Assembly: GCA_040954595.2 (NCBI GenBank)
Contig: CM082583.2
Span: 1,870,925 to 1,934,924 of the forward strand
DNA: 64,000 nt
Direction of reading: 5' to 3'
Source: Balanoglossus misakiensis
Taxonomy: Eukaryota > Animalia > Hemichordata
Position 1 is the stretch's first letter; each line of letters begins with the position of its first letter. Below the pieces are notes generated by a model. The model was not told the DNA's origin. It did no database searches and was given only the letters and a program-made list of their open reading frames with translations. A program made the translations under genes and the position numbers. This document shows, piece after piece, positions 53,001-64,000 of the stretch.

Positions 53001-56000
53001 TTGGATTTTGTTAAAAGCAGTGAAAAATTGAAATTCCTTTTCCTAGTCTAAAAATTGATAGCATACAAACTCTTTTTATGGATATCAATCGTCATGTGAC
53101 TAAATTATGTTACAATTTTTTGGCGATTTTTCACATGACCTTTGACCTACTTTTCACACGTTATTATTTCTGCATATCTATTTCCAGGCTAACCTATAGG
53201 GCTAGACGTTTGGTTTTTGATGCATGTGGATTAGTGTGTGATCAAAATATTTTGCTACTTTTCATGACCCCTTTGACCTCTGCTGACCTCATTAATTATG
53301 CACATAGCTAATTACAGGCGAACCAATAGAGCTAGAGGTTTGGTTTTTGTTGGACATGGACCACTATGGGAACAAAATTTTTTGCCCAAATGTTGGGTGA
53401 CCTCTGGTGACCTTTGACCTACTTTCGCATATCTCAGCATCCAGAGCAGATAGAGCCTTGGCATTTGGCAGGATGGGGCCAAAATGTACAGCCACATTTT
53501 TGGGTCACCTGTGACACCTGCTGACCTCATTAAATATGCACATACCTAATTACAGGCGAACCAATAGAGCTAGAGTTTTAGTTTTTGTTTGACATGGACC
53601 AGTATGGGTCAAAAAATTTTGCCCAAATGTTTGGTGACCTCAGGTGACCTTTGACCCACTTTCGCATATCTCAGCATCCAGAGCAGATACAGCCTTGGCA
53701 TTTGGCAGGATGGGGCAAAAATGTACAGCCACATTTTTGGGTCACCTGTGACACCTGCTGACCTCATTAAATATGCACATATCTAATTACAGGCGAACCA
53801 ATAGAGCTAGAGTTTTGGTTTTTGTTGGACATGGACCAGTATGGGTAAAAAAAAATTGCCCAAATGTTGGGTGACCTCAGGTGACCTTTGACCTACTTCA
53901 CCCTATTTCAGCAGCAATAATACACGCATCCTTGTTATGTCATGCGATAATACATCCGATAGAAAATTCTGTTTCTTCTCATTCATACTGTGCATATATA
54001 ATTCAAGATCAGCGCTTGGGCCCGACAATGCTGCTCGCAGCTTTAATTCTGTCTTTCTTTCTTCTTTCTTTCTTTATTCTTGTGTCAATTCTTTGTCGCT
54101 CTAGATCTCAGAGACCACTGCAGGTACACTTCTGAAACTTGCTACAGTGGTCAAGGTCAATGAGTAGTCGTGCATTGAACCCTTGAATTTTTAATTAGTC
54201 ACATGACCTGGCGGCCATCTTGGATTTTCTGAAAAAATGCAAATCTCAGATCTCAGAAACTACAAGTCAGATCGACTTCAAATTTGGCGTGCAGGTAGAC
54301 TACCTTCTGCCCATCATTTTTGTAATTGGAAATTATGCTGTCAATGTTGCAGTTTTTTTGCCACAATTTTTTTTCTTAAATCTGGTCAAAATTTCAAAAA
54401 TCTTCTTCTCCAGAACCGGTGATAACCGAGACACGGGGTTTGGTGTATGTGGTCACCTAACTGATGTCTATCAAGTTTGCGAAGATCATTGTGATTGGTC
54501 GAAGATTATGGCGGCCATATTGGATTTTCGAAAAACCATAGTAAAACTCAAAAAATCTTCTTCTCCAGAACGGGCGATAACTGAGTTGCAAGATTCGGGG
54601 AGTTTGGTCACTTCACTGATGTCTATCAAGTTTGCAAAGAGCATTGTGATTGGTCGAAGATTATGGCGGCCATATTGGATTATGTAAAAAGCAGTGAAAA
54701 ATTGAAATTCCTTTTCCTAGTGTAAAAATTGATAGCATACAAACTCTTTTTATGGATATCAATCGTCATGTGACTAAATTATGTTACAATTTTTTGGCGA
54801 TTTTTCACATGACCTTTGACCTACTTTTCACACGTTATTATTTCTGCATATCTATTTCCAGGCTAACCTATAGGGCTAGACGTTTGGTTTTTGATGCATG
54901 TGGATTAGTGTGTGATCAAAATATTTTGCTACTTTTCATGACCCCTTTGACCTCTGCTGACCTCATTAATTATGCACATAGCTAATTACAGGCGAACCAA
55001 TAGAGCTAGAGATTTGGTTTTTGTTGGACATGGACCACTATGGGAACAAAATTTTTTGCCCAAATGTTGGGTGACCTCTGGTCACCTTTGACCTACTTTC
55101 GCATATCTCAGCATCCAGCGCAGATACAGCCTTGGCATTTGGCAGGATGGGGCCAAAATGTACAGCCACATTTTTGGGTCACCTGTGACACCTGCTGACC
55201 TCATTAAATATGCACATACCTAATTACAGGCGAACCAATAGAGCTAGAGTTTTAGTTTTTGTTTGACATGGACCAGTATGGGTCAAAAAATTTTGCCCAA
55301 ATGTTTGGTGACCTCAGGTGACCTTAGACCCACTTTCGCATATCTCAGCATCCAGAGCAGATACAGCCTTGGCATTTGGCAGGATGGGGCAAAAATGTAC
55401 AGCCACATTTTTGGGTCACCTGTGACACCTGCTGACCTCATTAAATATGCACATACCTAATTACAGGCGAACCAATAGAGCTAGAGTTTTAGTTTTTGTT
55501 TGACATGGACCAGTATGGGTCAAAAAATTTTGCCCAAATGTTTGGTGACCTCAGGTGACCTTTGACCTACTTTACTCTATTTCAGTAGGAAAAATACACA
55601 CGTCCTTGTTATGTCATGAGATAAAACACCCGATAGAGCATTCTGTTTCTTCTCATTCATACTGTGCATATATAATACCGGATCAGCGCTTGGGCCCGAC
55701 AATGCTGCTTGCAGCTTTAATTCTTTCTTTCTTTCTTTCTTTCTTTTTTCTTGTGTCAATTCTTCGGCCAACTAAATCTCTGAAACTACTGCAGGTACAC
55801 TGCTCAAACTTGCTACAGTGGTCAAGGTCTATGAGTAGATGTGCAGTGACTTGTGAATACTTAATTAGTCATGTGACCTGGCGGCCATCTTGGATTTTCT
55901 GAAAAAAATCAAATCTCAGATCTCAGAAACTACAAGTCAGATCGACTTCAAATTTGGCATGCAGGTAGACTACCTTCTACCCATCATTTTTGTAATTAGA

Positions 56001-59000
56001 AATTTTGCTGTCAATGTTGCAGTTTTTTTGCTACAATTTTTTTTCTGAAATCTGGCTTAAATTTCAAAAATCTTCTACTCCAGAACCGGTGATAACCGAG
56101 ACACGGGGTTTGGGGTATGTGGTCACCTAACTGATGTCTATCAAGTTTGCGAAGATCATTGTGATTGGTCGAAGATTATGGCGGCCATATTTGATTTTCG
56201 AAAAACCATAGTTAAACTCCAAAAATCTTCTTCTCCAGAGCGGGCGATAACTGAGTTGCAAGATTCGGGGAGTATGGTCACTACACGGATGTCTATCAAG
56301 TTTGCAAAGAGCATTGTGATTGGTCGAAGATTATGGCGGCCATATTGGATTTTGTAAAAAGCAGTGAAAATTTGAAATTCCTTTTTCTAGTCTAAAAATT
56401 GATAGCATACAAATTCTTTTTATGGATATCAATCGTCATGTGACTAAAATAGGTTACAATTTTTTGGCGATTTTTCACATGACCTTTGACCTACTTATCA
56501 CGCGGTATTATTTCTGCATATCTAATTCCAGGCTAACCTATATGGCTAGACGTTTGGTTTTTGATGAATGTGGATTAGTGTGTGATCAAAATATTTTGCT
56601 ACTTTTCATGACCCCTTTGACCTCAGCTGACCTCATTAATTATGTACATAGCTAATTACAGGCGAACCAATAGAGCTAGAGGTTTTGTTTTTGTTGGACA
56701 TGGACCAGTATGGGATCAACATTTTTTGCCCAAATTATTGGTGACCTCTGGTGACCTTTGACCTACTTTCGCATATCTCAGCATCCAGAGCAGATACAGC
56801 CATGGCATTTGGTAGGATGGGACCAAAATGTAAAGCCAAATTTTTGGGTCACCTGTGACACCTGTTGACCTCATTAAATATGCACATACCTAATTACAGG
56901 TGAACCAATAGAGCTAGAGTTTTGGTTTTTGTTGGACATGGACCAGTATGGGTAAAAAAAAATTGCCCAAATGTTGGGTGACCTCAGGTGACCTTTGACC
57001 TACTTCACCCTATTTAAGCAGCAAAAATACACACATCCTTGTTATGTCAAGATATAATACATCCGATAGAAAATTCTGTTTCTTCTCATTCATACTGTGC
57101 ATATATAATTCAAGATCAGCGCTTGGGCCCGACAATGCTGCTCGCAGCTTTAATTACGGGCCCAAGCCAAGCCAGGCTCCGGCCCGTATTGGTTTCGCTG
57201 GGGTTTTTCTGTCTTTCTTTCTTTCTTTATTCTTGGTTCCATTCTTTATCGCTCTAGATCTCAAACACCGCTGCAGGTACAGTTCTCAAACTTGCTACAG
57301 TGGTCAAGGTCAATGAGTAGATGTGCAGTGACTTGTGAATACTTAATTAGTCACGTGACATGGCGGCCATCTTGGATTTTCTGAAAAAATGCAAATCTCA
57401 GATCTCAGAAACTGCAAGTCAGATCGACTTCAAATTTGGCATGCTGGTAGACTACCTTCTGCCCATCATTTTTGTAATTGGAAATTATGCTGACAAAGTA
57501 GCAGTTTTTTTGCTACAATTTTTTTTCTGAAATCTGGCTTAAATTTCAAAAATCTTCTTCTCCAGAACCGGTGATAACCGAGACACGGGGTTTGGGGTAT
57601 GTGGTCACCTAACTGATGTCTATCAAGTTTGCGAAGATCATAGTGATTGGTCCAAGATTATGGCGGCCATATTGGATTTTCGAAAAACCCTAGTAAAACT
57701 TCAAAAATCTTCTTCTCAAGAACCAGCGATAACCGAGTCACAAGATTTGGTGTGTGTGGTCATTAAACAGATGTCTATCAAGTTTGCGAAAAGGAATGTG
57801 ATTGGTCGAAGATTATGGCGGCCATGTTGGATTTTGTGAAAAACGATTAAAAAGTAAAAATTCCTTTTCTAGCCTAAAAATTGATAGCACAGAAATTCTT
57901 TTTATGGATATGAATCATCATATAACAAGAATAAGCTATAAATATTTTGGTAATTTTGGCAATGACCTTTGACCTACTTTTGACACATCATTTTTCTTCA
58001 TATCTAATTCCAGGCTAACCAATAGGGCTATAAGTTTGGTGTTTGATGTATGTGGATTTGTATGTGATCAAAAAATTTTGCTACTTTTCATGACCCCTTT
58101 GACCTCTGGTGACCTCATTAAATATGCATATACCTAATTACAGATGAACCAATAGACCTAGAGGTTTTGCTTTTGTTATACATGGACCAGTATGGGGTCA
58201 AAATATTTTGCCCAAATGTTGGGTGACCTCGGGTGACTTTTGACCTACTTAACACTATATTAGCATCAGATCAGATAATAGAGCTTGGGCCCGGACAATG
58301 CTGCTTGCAGCTTTAATCTTTCTTTCTTTTTTCTTGTGTCAAATTCTTCGGCCAACGAGATCTCTGAAACTACTGCAGGTACACTTCTCAAACTTGCTAC
58401 AGTGGTCAAGGTCAATGAGTAGATGTGCAGTGACTTGTGAATAATTAATTAGTCACGTGACCTGGCGGCCATATTGGATTTTCTGAAAAAATTCAAATCT
58501 CAGATCTCAGAAACTACAAGTCAGATCGACTTCAAATTTGGCATACAGGTACACTACCTTCTACCCATCATTTTTGTAATTGGATATTTTGCTGTAAATG
58601 TTGCAGTTTTTTTGCTACAATTTTTTTTCTGAAATCTGGCTTAAATTTCAAAAATCTTCTTCTCCAGAACCGGTGATAACCGAGACACGGGGTTTGGGGT
58701 ATGTGTTCATCTGACTGATGTCTATCAAGTTTGCGAAGATCATTGTGATTGGTCGAAGATTATGGCGGCCATATTGGATTTTCGAAAAACCATAGCTAAA
58801 CTCAAAAAATCTACTTCTCCAGAACGGGCGATGACTGAGTCGCAAGATTCGGGGAGTATGGTCACTACACTGATGTCTATCAAGTTTGCAAAGAGCATTG
58901 TGATTGGTCGAAGATTATGGCGGCCATATTGGATTTTGAAAAAAGCAGTAAAAAATTGAAATTCCTTTTTCTAGTCTAAAAATTGATAGCATACAAATTC

Positions 59001-59738
59001 TTTTTATGGATATCAATCGTCATGTGACTAAAATATGTTACAATTTTTTGGCGATTTTTCACATGACCTTTGACCTACTTATCACGCGTTATTATTTCTG
59101 CATATCTAATTCCAGGCTAACCTATAGGGCTAGACGTTTGTTTTTTGATGAATGTGGATTAGTGTGTGATCAAAATATTTTGCTACTTTTCATGACCCCT
59201 TTGACCTCTGCTGACCTCATTAATTATGTGCATAGCTAATTACAGGCGAACCAATAGACCTAGAGGTTTGGTTTTTGTTGGACATGGACCAGTATGGGAT
59301 CAAAATTTTTTGCCCAAATGTTGGGTGACCTCTGGCGACCTTTGACCTACTTTCGCATATCTCAGCATCCAGAGCAGATACAGCCATGGCATTTGGTACG
59401 ATGGGACCAAAATGTAAAGCCACATTTTTGGGTCACCTGTGACACCTGCTGACCTCATTAAATATGTACATACCTAATTACAGGCGAACCGATAGAGCTA
59501 TAGTTTTGGTTTTTGTTGGACATGGACCAGTATGGGTCAAAAAAATTTGCCCAAATGTTAGGTGACCTCAGGTGACCTTTGACCTACTTCACCCTATTTC
59601 AGCAGCAAAAATACACACGTCCTTGTTTTGTCATGAGATAATACATCCGATAGAAAATTCTGTTTCTTCTCATTCATACTGTGCATATATAATTCGAGAT
59701 CAGCGCTTGGGCCCGACAATGCTGCTCGCAGCTTTAAT
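44074..59738 (+). mobile_element. Tandem array of 11 non-autonomous Helentron-associated (DINE-1/HINE-like) elements
   Basis: Units of 1.2-1.7 kb end at about 45344, 46865, 48430, 49695 (truncated), 50961, 52369, 54047, 55721, 57154, 58317 and 59738. Headers carry a gggcccaagc..gcttgggccc palindrome (in some units) and (tctt)n. Bodies carry about 120-bp subrepeats. Tails carry a subterminal gcttgggccc, a gctgc-tt-gcagc stem-loop and tttaat. Confidence 0.8.
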
Positions 59739-60513
59739 TATTATCTGCTGTGGTGGGATTCCTGCCTTCGTCTGTGTTTGAACGGTTGTCTTCCGTACAG
59801 AGTGATTTGTTTTTCGCCCACCAAACTTCATTGCAGCTGCAGCTCGTGGCATAAATGAGGCGATTTTATTTTTCCCCATCGGTCGATCGAAATACCACAC
59901 GAGTGAGTTGATGTCGACTGCGGGTATCGGTTGCAGATAGAATGGGCTGTCCAGGGTACATTTTTCGATCGGGCGGTGTTGAACGTGCTCGCGATAAATT
60001 CTGATAGGGTTTCTGGTAGAATCGGCAACAGAGAAAATGCGAGGTGGTACGGCACGACGATCTCCATATGTTCCATCGCGTGTTTTGGTATCGCGTTCCC
60101 GGAACTCTAAAAAATCGAGGCCAGAGCTATCCCTTTGGATAGTGATGTCTCCGAAGCACAGTTTTCTGTGCTCGTCCCGACCGCGTAGACCGAAGTGCTT
60201 CGTGAATAAATACCACAGAGTGAAATTCAAGGTGTCACCGTCAGCGCTGCCAAGTTTGCCTTCTTTCCACATTGCCTCCTCTTCTTCTGGAGATATAGCT
60301 TCACTAGCATAACTGCCAGAGCCCATGCCAGACTTCTCGCTCAGTCGTACGAACCGTGCTCGGTTTTCTTTGCGATTTGATGAAATCGTTCACACTTGCC
60401 AAATCATCTTCACCAACTGTTGCCTCGCTTTCTCCTTCGAGTCCGAAAAGTAAAACATCTAATTCGTCTTTTGGAATTTCTTCCATCCACCGGATAATAT
60501 CGTCCGCAGCCAT
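59739..60513 (-). pseudogene. Crypton-type DUF3504 tyrosine recombinase remnant (ZMYM/QRICH1/KCTD1-like), internally deleted and 3'-truncated
   Basis: AISPEEEEAMWKEGKLG..TLWYLFTKHFGLRGRDEHRKL..TKTRDG..DSPFYL..WY..PMGKNKI..TNHSVRKT; the N-terminal piece FIKSQRKPSTVRTT is in another frame; the ORF runs into the array at a TTAA. Confidence 0.8.
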
Positions 60514-60935
60514 AATTTATCGTACTCAGCGCAGTGAAGTGGAGCAGACGACAACTTTCGAATCTCGCGCAATAAAAACAAAAGTAGATCCGGATATTGA
60601 ACGCGTCTTCCAAATATGGTCACCGGGCCGGGGCGTATTATGCAGCACAAAGGTCAAAAGGTAACTTCGAGATTTCACATCTTCAGTGATTCATAAGTGA
60701 CGTTAATCTTAGGTTGTATTTCAAGGTCAGTGTGAATTATTCTTATGGCGTCACAATGTCGTAGTGTGTTTGCGTCCAAGAGATGGAGGAGAATGAGCTG
60801 AGGGGAACCAGAGAGAGGGGGAGACAGGCAGACAGAATTAGCCGCACACAGGTTTGAAGTTGCCATGTTATTTCAATTTAGAAAAGGGTTGTCAGCTACT
60901 TTGTGCATGAGAACACTTTTCATTTCTCCTTGCAG

Positions 60936-61161
60936 AGGCAGAAAATAAGAAACAGGCAGAAAGTAAGAAAAAGGAAAACAAAAATGTTACTTTCAGTGAA
61001 AATAGAACGGTCTACGTTTTGTATGAGGAGCTCAAGAAATCTTCTGGTTATGAACTGGTAAGTGGCGCAATTCGTTGTTGTAATCATTAAATGATTTTAG
61101 ATTCCATTCCCATAGCTTGTATTACATTTTTTCTATATTTTAACACGTCAGTCACACACGC

Positions 61162-61192
<31 letters not shown>

Positions 61193-61596
61193 CATACACA
61201 CAGACAGACAGATAGACAGACAGACGCTCAGACAGACAGACGTACATGCATAGTTAGCTGGATATGTTTAGCAATCAAATTTGTGAATACATGCACAGGA
61301 ATTAACCTTGTTTCATGTCCAATCTAAATGTAGGAGTCTGCGAACATGAATACGGAAGGCACTGGAGTTCAATCGGGTTAGTGCATTTTGTATTAATTTT
61401 AACATTGTTTAGGATATATTGTGTGTTTTCCACCATTATATACAGTTTAGTGGTAAGTTTACTGACGTTTCATTTTTCGATTGTGTAATTCCAGGAAATC
61501 AAACCATTGAATGATTTACCACCCCCAAAGCACACATGGGTACAACAGGCACATGGTCCAGGGCCGATCGACAGGAGAACCGCCACAATGAAATAA
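60936..61596 (+). CDS. Possible orphan pair of 3' exons of an unknown gene
   Basis: Exon 60936-61057 (acceptor tttctccttgcag, donor gtaagt) and exon 61495-61596 (branch-like actgac, acceptor ttccag, TAA, AATAAA at 61607) join in frame as AENKKQAESKKKENKNVTFSENRTVYVLYEELKKSSGYEL-EIKPLNDLPPPKHTW..MK*. Confidence 0.4.
61152..61241. repeat. Compound (CG)n(CA)n(CAGA)n microsatellite
   Basis: Seen directly in the sequence. Confidence 0.9.
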
Positions 61597-63592
61597 CATT
61601 CCACTAAATAAAATATCACACTCCGTATATACAAGCTCTCCATTCATTAAATAAGTCTTCGATAGTTTTAGTGTCGCCTGATGAAATTATGCCCACGTCA
61701 CGACTCTGGGGACCAGTGCTAATAAATTCGACATTGTAGCTGAGATAGCGTTGGTGGGCATGGTCAACATATCCGATACCATAGTGGGCAATGAGGGTAG
61801 AAATAACCAAGTTAATCGCGATTTCGTTCAATTTAGGCCTACTACGATAACTATATACATTGTATGTACTGTGAATTTAGAACAGTTAAAACGGTTTCCC
61901 TTGGTTACAGGATGTTTGCTTTCATGTGACCGACGCCCTCTCAAAAAGATAAGGTTCTCTTGTAACGGACTTTGATAGTATTGATTAAAATGTCGGATTG
62001 GTGGGAAATGGAAAAATCCATATATTGAGTATTCTCTTACTTAATTCGGTCTATAACCTTGTCTTATAGCATTAATCACGATATAAATACATGCAATTCG
62101 ATGCAAGTCGCACAGTTTTATTGTATAGAGTTGTGAGGTGGGACGGTAAGGAAGAGCCGGCCACCATAGCGTGTCTATACCATGGGCTTCGTAGATGCCC
62201 TATCCTGATATCAGCGAAGAGCACTGTACCCGATTTGCACGCACGGGGGACTTTTGGTGATAACACCAAACTCTGCATGAACTTTACACCAATGAAAAAA
62301 GATCGCCATTTCCAAGAGAGTACATGGCACGGCCGGAGATTATTACGCTGTTCACTGCCATGGGGAAAATAGTCAATTTGGATATAAAAAAGGCACAGAC
62401 TTGGCACTGTTAAAGCGCGTAGCTCATCTCACAGGCATATTCCAGCTGTAGCCGCTGGTTACAGGCGTTTAGTGAACAGTCAATCCCATGAGGCTGCTCT
62501 GTCCTAACGACAGAGAAGATGGCGGCGCCCATAATCTGTGTCGGAGATCGTGAAAAGACACCAGCTTGGGTGAAAAGGAGGGACAAAACCAGAATCTATA
62601 CTTATACGGTGCGCATGAAAAATGGAAGGAAGCGAAGGCAATCCACTATTTGAATGCATCGAACGGAAAATTGGCTGGGAAGTTACGCGCATGCGCGTGA
62701 GACAAGACACACAACACAGACAATCCCCCAAATTTAAATCCCCGGGGACACAACAGAGGTACAGGTACAAGATGCTGACTTATTTGTACAAAATCGATGC
62801 AAACGTTAATTACATGATAAAATTCCACCTTGGGGATTCTGATACATTTCAACGAAACACCTTTCCAACGTTAATCAGAATAAAACATTTAAAGTGACAT
62901 TCCATTGATTATACCTTAATGACGTCATGAGAAATCTATTGACTTTTCCATAGCAACAATATCTCCACCCCCGCCTGCCTTGTAACATGCGATAGGTTAT
63001 ATCTTTGGTATTTATTTATTCATTGCTTATTTATCTTTCTCGTAACACTTGATTGATCGACATACATTGTAAGTTGTACACCTTGCTGTATCTGTACATT
63101 CCAGCCATATTTTTCACTACAGGTTGTAAATTTAAATTTATCAAAACAGTCTTCTGGTGTTTTTGTGAGCCGAATGAGAAGCTGACTACGCATGCGCCAC
63201 GATGTTTTTTGAAATGTTATCACATACATTAGAATCATATTCATTCACTCGTTTGTGAAATGTGAAAGGCCATGCATTCCGAATGCCTTTTCACTATCTG
63301 ACATTTTGTTTAATATCTCTCCTAGAATCACCCCCCCCCCCCCCAAAAAAAAATCTCTTTAGACTTAAATGATGAAAACATACTGGTCTGAATGCTGCAC
63401 ATGCGCGATGAACGGCAGTGTGGCGTTTGGATTAACACTGAATAATTTACTAACATAATTTTGACCCGTAGCGATTACAGTCCACACCACGTGGAAGCAG
63501 GGTATATGATAAAAAGGGCACAACACCCTGGTTTTTATAAAGGGTCAAAGTCCTGAAATATTGTCCTTGTTCACATTCGTTACTATGATTAG

Positions 63593-63639
63593 GTAGTAGT
63601 AGTAGAAGTAGTAGTTGTTGTTGTTGATGATGATGATGA

Positions 63640-63670
<31 letters not shown>
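63593..63670. repeat. Compound (GTA)n(GTT)n(GAT)n(GTT)n microsatellite
   Basis: Seen directly in the sequence. Confidence 0.92.
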
Positions 63671-63672
<2 letters not shown>

Positions 63673-64000
63673 CAATTAATTACAAAACAGCTGCAGCATG
63701 AATCGCTATGAAATTGATGAGTCGCGTATGCCCATGGCTGTTAGTATAAATAATTAAAACAAAATGTCGAATCGTTAAATTTATTGTGGTACTAAATGGA
63801 TTTGCATGACATGCCAATTTTGTAAATGTTCATGATGGAACTCGTATGTGTTCTTGGTCAAATTCGCGACGCACAATTCTCTGGAGGTTTATTTTTACAC
63901 AGAAGAAATGAACAACACCACGTGTAGAGGGCGCCATGTGTTGGAGAAGCAGTGACTAGTGCGTTCTAGTCAGTTGTTGCCGTGTTACCGCATGGGGTGT

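Noticed and set aside
44074-59738. CRISPR-like appearance of recurring short motifs
   Set aside because: The intervening sequences are repeated rather than unique spacers, there are no cas genes, and the context is eukaryotic
43846-59781. Many recurring 60-157 aa ORFs (MQISDLRNYK.., MDINRHVTK.., MTFDLL..)
   Set aside because: They are translations of non-coding repeat units, interrupted by stops in other copies, with no protein motifs

Overview
Intron-containing animal genomic DNA, AT-rich, probably from an invertebrate deuterostome (inference from gene and repeat content). It holds three spliced genes. (1) On the minus strand, a NEURL4-like gene, open at both ends, joining an NHR domain, an armadillo-type region and the start of a NEURL4-type ADP-ribosyltransferase-like C-terminus. 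(2) On the plus strand, a complete 3-exon PTCHD3-like sterol-sensing RND transporter of about 872 aa. (3) Convergent with it, 4.6 kb away, a complete 7-exon type I polyketide synthase of about 2747 aa: KS-AT-DH-pseudoER-KR-ACP-condensation-like, plus a PH-like C-terminus encoded by two small exons that the ORF track does not join to it. The PKS-C-PH plus PTCHD3 pair is the best candidate for a biosynthesis/export system. Upstream of the PKS lie a 15.7 kb head-to-tail array of 11 Helentron-associated (DINE-1/HINE-like) elements and a broken Crypton-type (DUF3504) tyrosine recombinase. Elsewhere are nested LINE fragments, TTAA-flanked and TAG-terminated MITEs, and microsatellites. All exon models and domain calls were made by eye, without database searches.
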